A model generated the notes under the pieces. The model was not told the origin of the DNA and searched no databases. It saw only the letters and a list, made by a program, of their open reading frames with translations. From positions 18,840 to 82,839 of IMG/VR virus record IMGVR_UViG_3300037781_000208: DNA of 64,000 nucleotides, one strand, 5' to 3'. The stretch is from a virus (taxonomy: Duplodnaviria; Caudoviricetes). Positions 19,447 to 28,079 of the stretch are shown piece by piece. The position numbers and the translations under genes are program-made. Each line of letters starts with the position of its first letter. Within the stretch, counting starts at the first letter, position 1.

Positions 19447-19875
19447 CTATTTTGCGAGGCCTCCACCGAAATAGAACCCGCTGATTGCCGCCGCCATTTG
19501 GGTGTGAACGGGCAGTATCACATAGCCAGCAATCTGCTCGAAGTGCATCTTGTCCAGTGACTCGAAAATGAACCAGAATCCTCGGGTCTTTTCTGCATAG
19601 GCGTAGAAGACGGGCGTCTGCGGGAAGAATGCCGCCAGAATGAAGGGGGCAATGAAGACGGTGAAAAGAACCGATATGACGATCAGTCGCCGGGTCAGAG
19701 GCCCGCCCGGAGGAATGAAATCCCTTGCCTTCTGGCGATCCTCCAAAACCATACCTGCCTGCTTCGCCCAAAGGTCAGCCTGATGCTTCTGGGTCTCCAT
19801 TTGCTTGGACTTTAGCTTGATCCAGGCACCGATGGCGGTGGAGACGGTGAAGGTGATGATTTCTGTGGGGATCAT
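19447..19875 (-). CDS. Phage membrane protein, possible holin
   Basis: Three hydrophobic segments; ends AAAISGFYFGGGLAK; lies after the tail tip gene. Confidence 0.55.
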   Translation of the reverse strand: MIPTEIITFTVSTAIGAWIKLKSKQMETQKHQADLWAKQAGMVLEDRQKARDFIPPGGPLTRRLIVISVLFTVFIAPFILAAFFPQTPVFYAYAEKTRGFWFIFESLDKMHFEQIAGYVILPVHTQMAAAISGFYFGGGLAK

Positions 19876-22352
19876 GGCTCGATGTAGTTGCCGCCATATA
19901 TCGATTCGTCCCGATAAAAGTCGGCCCTTGCATAATCGGAATCTGTCAACCCTGACGCGGTCGCACGCGCCCAGATGCGGGTTTCCGGGTAGACGGTGAA
20001 CGAACCGGTGTAAGGAGCGTAGGTGCCGCCTCCGGACAGAACCCCGATCAGCCCTAGCTTATACTCAATGGCTGCGCCTGCTGTGGAACAAGTGATTGAA
20101 ACACTGCGGCTGGTGCGGATGAAGCCCCCACTTGGCGAAATGGAAGGGGTGGCAACTTTGCCTGCGGGCTGGTCGACCTCGATGGCAATTTCCGAGTCGG
20201 TGATCCGCCCTGTGGAATCCTGGGCCCGGGCGATCAATGTGAATGTTCCCGAATCGGCGAAGTTAACCGTCCGCTCGAAGTTGTAGAGTCCGGTCGGGTT
20301 CAGGGGTACGGAGAAGAGCGTTTCCTCTGTTCCATCAGCCGCCCGGCGGATCAGCGAGAAATGCGAGAGGTTCCCATCGGCGTCTGTAACTTCCCCCGCA
20401 AAGCTGACATTGCCAGGGGGAGAGGTGTATTGCAGGCTCGCGGTCGCCGGTGTCGTGAAGGAAACCTGTGGCGCATAGGCCAAGGAGGACGGAAAGGTGA
20501 AGGGGATGTCTCCGCATCCGGACAGTTCCCGCTGGGCGAAGATGGTGAAGGGCTGCAGGCGAAAATAGCCTGTCTGGATGAGGTTCTGCAGGACCGCGAA
20601 GTCCCGGTGCCCGAATCCTGTCAGGCCAAATCCAGGGATGATCCAGCACTCGCTCTGGCCATTCCAAAATGCCCTGCGCTTGGTACCGTAGCGTTCACGG
20701 AAAGCGGTCACCGCGTACGCGTCGTAGCCGGTCTGGGTGAAGGACTCGATGGAATAGATCTCAATGATGGGGAACCCGTCAGCGTCCTCAGCCACTGCCC
20801 CACTTCCGTCCTTGTGAATACAAACCATGAGGAGCTGGTTGTCACGGGCGGCCGTTGGTCCCGGATCATCGTCGATCATGTCGCGGTCCCGGGTCGAATA
20901 GATTTCAATTTCGAAAGGTCCGTTGGAATTCTCATCCCATCCGTCCGTCGGGCTACCGCGCAGGGCGAATACCTCCTGCAAACCAAGAAACTGGAATGAG
21001 CCGCTGGTGGCACTGTCGTAGTGCACGTTCACACCGGTGACGAGGTCATGGGGCCTCTCGGCCAGAACGCCCACCTGGATATCGCCGGAGACCAGTGGGG
21101 CGGGAAGCTCGAAAACCCGTTGGTAAGTGATGGCAGGCGGCTCTGTCTGTTGCGGTGAATCCGGAAGGTCCGCGGTCGGCGTGTAGACCACGGGCGAGAT
21201 GCCCATTTCCGCCTCGATGCGCAGCTTGATGGGACCGGTCTGCGGAACAGTTCGTTCGGTGACGCGGAAAACCTGCTGAACCTGTACGTCCCCCGGTTCC
21301 GGATCGATGTCCACACGGATAAGGTCGCCCGGTCGGATCCCGATGCCCTTAACCCGGCGCACGGTGAGCTCGCCCTTGATGACCGGCTGGCCCTTGGCCT
21401 TCCCATACTCGGTGACGTGAAAGAACGCCTGATCGCGGCGCATGATCCATGGGCGTTTCAGGGTCGCTCTGCGATGGTCGCCCACAATCCGCAGTGCCCG
21501 GAGATCATCGTGCTTCTCGGTGGTTTCCTTGAATCCCCGGTCCCGGTCGGTGAAGGTGATTGCCCAGCCGGTTTCGGATTCGCCCCAGCCACCGCCTTCG
21601 AACTTGGGGCGCTCAGTGAATTCATCGGCTGTGAGAAGTGGCAAGCCACTCACGTCGACCGTTGCATCATGGGGCCATGCTCCCGCCTCAATTGTTTCGG
21701 TCTCCGGATTGAAGCGAAGCCAAAGATCGGCATTCAGGGCCATTTCAGCCACAGCCTGGCGGGCCGGTACTTGCTGGTTTAACAGAGCGGAAATATATGT
21801 GTTCGGGTGCTGGTTGTTGAGAAACAGCTGATCCGAGGTGGCAAACCACGAACCCAAATCAAAGCCCGCGGAGGCCAGCCCAAGACCATAGCGGGGATGT
21901 GTCAGAAAATCTGCCAGGGAGGCGACCGGGGATGCCTGTTCATCATATAGTTCCGCCGCCCCGTTACTAAAGACGCTCTGCTGGGGCTTGCGACGAACCA
22001 CCACCTCCAGATTTGGAGCACTGGTGCGCTCCCGGCCAAAGAAGAAGTCCACCAAAACGATATAGCAAACGCCCTTGTAGGCGGGATGTTCATGCCCGTG
22101 GTTGTTGCTTCCGGGATTGAGCAGAGGATCCACGCTCTGGGTTTCGGTTCCCCAGTAGAAGCGGATGACACGCCGGGAATCGACGGTGATTGTCGAATAG
22201 TTGGTGGCACTGCCCCGATATAGCGGTCCCTTCCAGGCGCTTTCGCCATCGACAATGATTTCATCGAGGACATCAACCGGCCCATTGCAGACCACGCCAG
22301 CCAAAGAGCCGTGGTATTCCCAAAACTTGATTTTGCCACTTCCGCCACTCAT
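19872..22352 (-). CDS. Tail tip / host-specificity protein (J-like) with C-terminal Ig-like and CHB_HEX_C-like domains
   Basis: CNGPVDVL..I, IRFYWGTETQ..D..L, HPAYKGVCY, PNLEVVVRR; C-terminal VATPSISPSGG...YTGSFTV; start set to ATG 22352 (ATGA overlap). Confidence 0.8.
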   Translation of the reverse strand: MSGGSGKIKFWEYHGSLAGVVCNGPVDVLDEIIVDGESAWKGPLYRGSATNYSTITVDSRRVIRFYWGTETQSVDPLLNPGSNNHGHEHPAYKGVCYIVLVDFFFGRERTSAPNLEVVVRRKPQQSVFSNGAAELYDEQASPVASLADFLTHPRYGLGLASAGFDLGSWFATSDQLFLNNQHPNTYISALLNQQVPARQAVAEMALNADLWLRFNPETETIEAGAWPHDATVDVSGLPLLTADEFTERPKFEGGGWGESETGWAITFTDRDRGFKETTEKHDDLRALRIVGDHRRATLKRPWIMRRDQAFFHVTEYGKAKGQPVIKGELTVRRVKGIGIRPGDLIRVDIDPEPGDVQVQQVFRVTERTVPQTGPIKLRIEAEMGISPVVYTPTADLPDSPQQTEPPAITYQRVFELPAPLVSGDIQVGVLAERPHDLVTGVNVHYDSATSGSFQFLGLQEVFALRGSPTDGWDENSNGPFEIEIYSTRDRDMIDDDPGPTAARDNQLLMVCIHKDGSGAVAEDADGFPIIEIYSIESFTQTGYDAYAVTAFRERYGTKRRAFWNGQSECWIIPGFGLTGFGHRDFAVLQNLIQTGYFRLQPFTIFAQRELSGCGDIPFTFPSSLAYAPQVSFTTPATASLQYTSPPGNVSFAGEVTDADGNLSHFSLIRRAADGTEETLFSVPLNPTGLYNFERTVNFADSGTFTLIARAQDSTGRITDSEIAIEVDQPAGKVATPSISPSGGFIRTSRSVSITCSTAGAAIEYKLGLIGVLSGGGTYAPYTGSFTVYPETRIWARATASGLTDSDYARADFYRDESIYGGNYIEP

Positions 22353-22540
22353 TTGACCTTCTCCTCCTTTTGGACGGCCCGCTGATTGTAGATCGGGGTG
22401 ATCCAACGGACGGTCAGTTTGCGTGTACCGGTGTGCAGGGGCAGAGGCACCGACTCCTGGGAGTTCGAAAGGGTCTCCTCCTCGATACCGCCGATCTCGG
22501 GTTCGGGATCCGGGGTGCTGTTGCGATTTCCAAAACTCAT
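22349..22540 (-). CDS. Small tail protein (resembles a detached N-terminus of the tail tip protein)
   Basis: SNSQESVPLPLHTGTRKLTVRWI; ATGA-coupled on both sides. Confidence 0.55.
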   Translation of the reverse strand: MSFGNRNSTPDPEPEIGGIEEETLSNSQESVPLPLHTGTRKLTVRWITPIYNQRAVQKEEKVK

Positions 22541-22983
22541 GGCTTTAACCTCCAATTCAAAGTCAACCGCTTCGCCCACATCGGATCATCCCACCGGTTG
22601 ATCATCACGCCATGGCGGCGCACTGCATGGATCATTTCCTCCCCGCGCAGGACGATGGCAAGATGGTGGGTGCAACCCCCGATCTTGAAACCAAGGATGT
22701 CGCCCGGTATTGGAGGCTCTTCGACTTCCACAAAACCCGGCATCGAGGCCATGAAAGGTTCGATAAGACTATCCCTCTGGCTGATGGAATGGTTGGGATC
22801 GGCCTTGGGAAAGTCCTGCCTGGGGACCGCCCCAATTGCCATGAATACCTCAGCCACGAACAGATGGCAGCAGACCCCGGATCCCTTGAAGGCGGCATTG
22901 GCCCGGAACGGTGTGCCCAGCCAGGAACTGGATACACTTACCAGCGCATCGATACGCTCTTCACTGTTGAACCAAGTACTCAT
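22537..22983 (-). CDS. NlpC/P60-family tail assembly protein (lambda K-like)
   Basis: WLGTPF...GVCC..FVAEVF, PGDILGF...HHLAI...MIHA. Confidence 0.85.
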   Translation of the reverse strand: MSTWFNSEERIDALVSVSSSWLGTPFRANAAFKGSGVCCHLFVAEVFMAIGAVPRQDFPKADPNHSISQRDSLIEPFMASMPGFVEVEEPPIPGDILGFKIGGCTHHLAIVLRGEEMIHAVRRHGVMINRWDDPMWAKRLTLNWRLKP

Positions 22984-25034
22984 TTCATATTTCGGTTGGA
23001 AGGCATCTTGACCATGGAGGGATTGCCCACCGGCATATGGGGAAAACCACCAAAGCGGCTGTAATTGCCAAACTTGTCCTTGCAGGTGCCGCGCTTCCCA
23101 TCACATCCGGGAAAAAGGAATACTTCCTCGTCGACCGAAGGGATGCGCCCGAGCGGTGTTGAGAGGGTCAGTTCGATGAAGCCGTTGCCGGAAGTATCGT
23201 AGCTCGTGGCATCGGCGATAAACCGGCTCTCAAATTCCGTTCCGCTCCCCAGTTCGATCCAGCCACCTGCGAACCAGTGCAAGTCCGGCTGAACCCATGT
23301 GCCGGTCACCCGGGCGAGGTTGCGCAACTTGATGCGGGTCGGATTCAGCAGAGTCGCCAGCACGTAGCCGCTATACTTCCAATCGTCATTGTTCAATCCG
23401 CAGGCCCCGTCGAAGAGCGCGTAATTGCAGGTCGGCTGCATGAGCACGCGGGGAAGTTTCCGCTCAAAGAGGTTTCCCACCTGCGCTGCGCGGGCTGTTA
23501 AGTAAGGACCGTCCATCTTGACCCGGCTCACCTCACCGGAGAACAGTCGCCGCCAATCGTAGATGGTCGTCCCTCCCGGCCAGATCTTTGCCTCGATGAT
23601 TTCCAGCTTCATCGGAAACTCCAGACGGAACGGAATAAAGCGCAGAAGCGGGTTGTCCGGGAAGGCGCGCGTGCGTAGTTGAACCTCATTCCGCTCCAGA
23701 TTCAAGGTCTCGCGGATTTCCCCATGCTCGATTGGCTGAGGCGTGTATGTCCCGGAAGCATCCTCGAGCGGATCCTCGTAGGAAGTGAACCGCCAGACCT
23801 GTGAGGTGCCCGGATACTCCACGGTGAACCGGTAGAGGAAGCAGGATCGGTGCAGCGTCCCGATCGTGTCGCCGTGGGTTTCCCCGGTCGGGGTAAAGTA
23901 ATCGGTGGCCGCTTCCTTGAATTCAACCGATGCCTCAACCTCGTCCGTGCTTCGCCAGCGAAGCGTCAGTCCAGACCGCGCAAAGCGTACCAAGGCCGCC
24001 GTGGCAAGGGAGGTGGTCGCCTGCTTGTGGGCAAAAGCAAGAGCCTGTGCCAAAAGGATGCTCGTCGATGACTTGGATGAGATTTGCCGGATCTCGGTCG
24101 CAGCGTCCCGGTCAACAAGGGCAAGGTAGGCGTTGCTTCCAAGGCTGTTGCCATCGGTGACAGCCAGCGTGGTCGCCCCGGCAGCGACATCCTCTCTCAG
24201 GCGCGCCTCCGACATCCAGGTGGGGCACCAGAAGGTGGCGGCATTACCCTGTGCCACATCGAAGAACTCGATCAAATCGGCCCCGGACTGATTACCGTGG
24301 AGCGAGAGCTCGAAGCGCAACGCCCGTTCGGGTGACTGCGGATAGACGACCCGCACCTCTTCTCGGTTAAATCCCATCCCGCGGCGGTCGACCTCGATCT
24401 CGGCCTTCCCGGTTTCCACCGGTCCGCGCCATTGTGGACGGAAGGGAAAGACCGGGTAATTGCGCCCGGAGATTTGCGGACCATAGGCCAGCCCGGATCT
24501 ATTGACCTGCAAGGCAAGGCTCGTTGGACCGTCCTCCTTGATCCGGAATCGGGCGACGAACAATTCATCCGTGATGGCCTCAATGGTGGGGCTTTCCGAA
24601 AAATATCCCCTCAAGGCCGGGATCCATTTCGTGGTAAACGGGAATGGTCCAATCATGTTTGTGGGGTCCAGAACAAGGGAAGCACTGCCATTGCTGTACC
24701 ACTGAATCGCCTGTGCGGAGGAAAAGACCGATCCGTATCCCGGTTCAAAGAGCCATTCTCCCGGCCAGAAAGGAAACCAGATGGGCAGGTCCTCGAAGTT
24801 GGATGCCTGTAGTGCATTGCGCAGCGTAGCCGCCTCCTGCGCCGTCAGCTGGCTTTCAAAGGCGATTTCAGTACGGAGCTTATCCGCGTAGGCGCGGCGG
24901 CTCTCCCGGCCCGTCAGGCTGCGTTCAGCATCGGCTGGCAAGGTAAAACGGGTCTCGATGCCGCTTCGCCAGTCGGGTTCAAATGGGAGGATCCAGCAGG
25001 TCTCCCCGAGAATGGTGTCATAGGATTGGATCAT
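22980..25034 (-). CDS. Tail distal / hub protein (DUF2460 / DUF2163-BR0599-like)
   Basis: C-terminal PTCNYALFDGACGL and PGCDGKRGTCKDKFGNYSRFGGFPHMP; start trimmed to ATG 25034. Confidence 0.8.
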   Translation of the reverse strand: MIQSYDTILGETCWILPFEPDWRSGIETRFTLPADAERSLTGRESRRAYADKLRTEIAFESQLTAQEAATLRNALQASNFEDLPIWFPFWPGEWLFEPGYGSVFSSAQAIQWYSNGSASLVLDPTNMIGPFPFTTKWIPALRGYFSESPTIEAITDELFVARFRIKEDGPTSLALQVNRSGLAYGPQISGRNYPVFPFRPQWRGPVETGKAEIEVDRRGMGFNREEVRVVYPQSPERALRFELSLHGNQSGADLIEFFDVAQGNAATFWCPTWMSEARLREDVAAGATTLAVTDGNSLGSNAYLALVDRDAATEIRQISSKSSTSILLAQALAFAHKQATTSLATAALVRFARSGLTLRWRSTDEVEASVEFKEAATDYFTPTGETHGDTIGTLHRSCFLYRFTVEYPGTSQVWRFTSYEDPLEDASGTYTPQPIEHGEIRETLNLERNEVQLRTRAFPDNPLLRFIPFRLEFPMKLEIIEAKIWPGGTTIYDWRRLFSGEVSRVKMDGPYLTARAAQVGNLFERKLPRVLMQPTCNYALFDGACGLNNDDWKYSGYVLATLLNPTRIKLRNLARVTGTWVQPDLHWFAGGWIELGSGTEFESRFIADATSYDTSGNGFIELTLSTPLGRIPSVDEEVFLFPGCDGKRGTCKDKFGNYSRFGGFPHMPVGNPSMVKMPSNRNMK

Positions 25035-27385
25035 GCCTGAAATTCGTGTCGGTTGCGACGCAGCACATCGAGGATGACGGTCTCGCCCTCCTGGGACTCG
25101 GCCCATCGCTGCAATGCTGCCGGATCATTGAAGAGTCCGATGTTGAAACGGTTCTGGGTGGGTCGGTTTGCCTCGACGCGAACACCCTCGGATGCGGGAG
25201 CGTTCATGCCCACCAGCCCACCTGTGGCGAAGCCCGCGAGATCCGGTGTGGGACGGTTGAAGCGGAGGCTGTCCATAAGCGCGTAGAAGTAGCCGGGGCC
25301 GCGCTTGGCGACCACATCGGCAGGCATCACGAACTCGCCCTTGTGGACGATCCCTGCGGGCGTCAAACGTCCACCTGCTCCCGTATAGCCGCCTTCGTCA
25401 AAGGAAGCCATGGCTGCGGCAAGAAGCGCCAGACCGATGATCGCCGCCACCCCGAAAGTCGCGATGGACTTGACCAAGGCTGCAGGCGTCCAGGCGACCG
25501 CCGTCGCTGTCGCAGTAGCGGCTTCACTGGTGGCGATGGCCGCATTCTTGGAGACGTTTGATGCCACTTCGGCTGCATCCATTTTCCGCCCCAAAAGGAA
25601 CATCATGGTGCGCTTCACGACCCACTGGGCGGCCATCTGGGCAAAGGCGGTGACAACGGAACTGACGATCGTGTTGCCAATGTTGCGAAGGGCATCACCC
25701 CAAGTCATCGTGCCGTTGATCAGGCCGGTAATGGACTGACCGATCCCCTGGGTCATCGAGGAGGCGATACCGCCAATTGCGGAGTAAACCTGTTGGGCCA
25801 TGGTGCCGGCTGTAGTGACATAATCCATCATCGCCACTTTGGCGGCTGTCCAGGTGCCCACTCCGAAGTCGCCCTGGCCGGAGGTGAACTGGTCGAAACG
25901 TTCCTGCCCACGGTCGGCGAAACTCAGGGGACCTGCGGCTGCTGAAACCACCGGGGTAATCGAGGATCCGGCAGCGCCTCCTTCCTCTTTCCGCTTGGCG
26001 ATCTTTTCGTCAATCAGCTGGTTCAGGCGCTCGGTTGCGGTTGCTTGGCCCTCGATGGCCTCGGTTTCCGCTCCGATGATGGCGAGGGTTTCTGAAAGGT
26101 TCGATTCCAGTGCGGCCCGACGCGCATCCGCCCGGGCGACCACCGCTTCCTGCTGCTCCGCAAGAATGTTCTCATAGCTGCGGGCCTTGAATCCGGGACC
26201 GGTGCTGCCGGCCTGCACACGACCAAGGGAAGCGGCACCGATATCCACGCCCGGGATCTTGTTCGCCCATTCGATGGCGGTGTTGAGGACGCTCTCGATG
26301 CGGGAAGCGAAAAAGTTGATGACAGAGGCCAGCCCCGACATGAGCACCCCTTTGAATCCGTCCCAACCCTCCCGGGCCTTCTCCCAGGCGAGCTCAAATC
26401 CGCTCGTCAGGTAGGCACCGAAAAGCGAAAGAAAACCAAGGGCATCCGAGACCCATTTGCTGAAGCCAACACCGATTGTCATGATGCCGGTCGCAATGGC
26501 CTTGAGCCAGGTGGTGTCCGAAGCGAATCCATCGAGAATCCTCCGGGCTCCCGCCATACCCTGCTCAAACCCTGCCTCGATGCCCAAGGCAATAAACTGC
26601 GAAAAGGTGCCGTCGCGGATGGAATCCAGTCCAAGGGAAATGAATGCCCCGATTCGCTGGCCGAGTCCGGTCAGGTCAATCCGGTTCAAGGTTTCGAGCG
26701 GGCCTGTCAGGTAACCGGCCAGCTGGTCGCCCAACCCGGCGAAGAACTGCCGCGACTTGTTTGGGATTCGCCCAAGGAGTGTGTCGATACGCTCGAACTC
26801 GACCGAATTTCGCTGAAGGACACTCGGCAATTGGCCCAAGGATTCCCGGGCATCGTCAATCGCTCCACCGGACTGAAAGAGTGGCATCAGTTCCACGCCG
26901 CTTTCTCCAAGAAGGCGCACGGCAATAGCGGTTCGTTCAGCGGGATTCTCAATTGCAGCGATGCGCTTGCCGATCAAATCAAATTGGTCCGCTGGTGACA
27001 TGCGGGCCACCTCGGCCGCCTCCAGGTTCAGGTCACGCATGGCCTGCTTGCCTTCGCCCATCCCGCGGGCGGCATCCGCGATCCGGCGCTGAAGATCGTT
27101 CACCGACTTTCCGACCCGCTTGGCATCCACTCCATTGTCCGCGAAGGCCTGTCTCAGAGTGGCAAGGTCCGCCACGGCCACACCGGTCTGCTTGGAAAGG
27201 TGATCCAGATCGGCCCCGAGGGTCAGAATCTCGCGGGCGTTACCGTAGGCTGACCGGAACCCCACATAGGCCGCCGTCGCAGCCACCACTCCGCGAAGGA
27301 GGTTGCCAAAACCTTGGGTCACCCGGTCGAGCTGGGCAAGGCGGGAGCGGATATCAATTAAAACACTGACGCGGGCATCGGCCAT
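25031..27385 (-). CDS. Tape measure protein
   Basis: 784 aa, Ala/Gly-rich helical; C-terminal FDEGGYTGAGG...PAGIVHKGEFV motif. Confidence 0.88.
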   Translation of the reverse strand: MADARVSVLIDIRSRLAQLDRVTQGFGNLLRGVVAATAAYVGFRSAYGNAREILTLGADLDHLSKQTGVAVADLATLRQAFADNGVDAKRVGKSVNDLQRRIADAARGMGEGKQAMRDLNLEAAEVARMSPADQFDLIGKRIAAIENPAERTAIAVRLLGESGVELMPLFQSGGAIDDARESLGQLPSVLQRNSVEFERIDTLLGRIPNKSRQFFAGLGDQLAGYLTGPLETLNRIDLTGLGQRIGAFISLGLDSIRDGTFSQFIALGIEAGFEQGMAGARRILDGFASDTTWLKAIATGIMTIGVGFSKWVSDALGFLSLFGAYLTSGFELAWEKAREGWDGFKGVLMSGLASVINFFASRIESVLNTAIEWANKIPGVDIGAASLGRVQAGSTGPGFKARSYENILAEQQEAVVARADARRAALESNLSETLAIIGAETEAIEGQATATERLNQLIDEKIAKRKEEGGAAGSSITPVVSAAAGPLSFADRGQERFDQFTSGQGDFGVGTWTAAKVAMMDYVTTAGTMAQQVYSAIGGIASSMTQGIGQSITGLINGTMTWGDALRNIGNTIVSSVVTAFAQMAAQWVVKRTMMFLLGRKMDAAEVASNVSKNAAIATSEAATATATAVAWTPAALVKSIATFGVAAIIGLALLAAAMASFDEGGYTGAGGRLTPAGIVHKGEFVMPADVVAKRGPGYFYALMDSLRFNRPTPDLAGFATGGLVGMNAPASEGVRVEANRPTQNRFNIGLFNDPAALQRWAESQEGETVILDVLRRNRHEFQA

Positions 27386-27403
27386 TCAATGGCCAGCGGC
27401 GTG

Positions 27404-27739
27404 TCAACGATTGCGCCTTACCGAAGCGCCCCAGCCAGAGAAGACCGAGCCCAGATCATCGGTACTGACTGAATCCTGCGGCTCCAGGGACTTTCCAAGG
27501 ATGCGCCTGAATTGCTCCAGCTTCCGGCCAGCGTCCTTGTCCCACACGGCAAACGCCGCCAGTGCCTCCGTCTGAAGGGCCAGAAGAGCCTTGGTGGATT
27601 CCCGGCGATGATCCTCCCGGAGAATGAGCAGCACCTCCGGAAGCGACATGGTGGCGGCGACTTCGCCTACTGATCGCCCGAGGATGATGGCGCACTGGGC
27701 ACAAAGTTCCCCAAGGTCTGCTGCAGCTTCATTCCCTTT
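27404..27739 (-). CDS. Tail assembly chaperone, frameshift extension (gpGT-like)
   Basis: -1 frame ORF overlapping the G gene, no good start of its own; slippery A AAG GGA at 27739-27733. Confidence 0.65.
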   Translation of the reverse strand, partial: KGNEAAADLGELCAQCAIILGRSVGEVAATMSLPEVLLILREDHRRESTKALLALQTEALAAFAVWDKDAGRKLEQFRRILGKSLEPQDSVSTDDLGSVFSGWGASVRRNR

Positions 27740-28053
27740 TGGGCTACGGGCAGAAGAGCCTCGTTGAGATTGGCCCGCCGATTGGCCCACCGGCAGGCAT
27801 TCTGAAAATTTAGATCATGGGCCGCTTCAACGATCGAGAGGATTGAATCAACGGTGAGGGTCTGGATGAAGTCCTCGTCCTTGTCGGTGACAAAGGCGGC
27901 TAGGGCTTCCTCATCCTCGGCCTTGGCGAAGTATTCAGGGAACTCCCTGATCTTGAGCAGGCGCACCTGCACTTCGACCTGTTCGCCGGATTGGGTTTCA
28001 ATAGCTAGCGGGGAGTCGCCTGTGAGAATGCTGGAATTTGTTGAAGTGGTCAT
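27667..28053 (-). CDS. Tail assembly chaperone (gpG-like)
   Basis: Position directly upstream of the TMP; start trimmed to MTTSTNSS (28053). Confidence 0.75.
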   Translation of the reverse strand: MTTSTNSSILTGDSPLAIETQSGEQVEVQVRLLKIREFPEYFAKAEDEEALAAFVTDKDEDFIQTLTVDSILSIVEAAHDLNFQNACRWANRRANLNEALLPVAQKGMKLQQTLGNFVPSAPSSSGDQ

Positions 28054-28079
28054 GATCTGAATTCGGGTTGGGATTGGCG

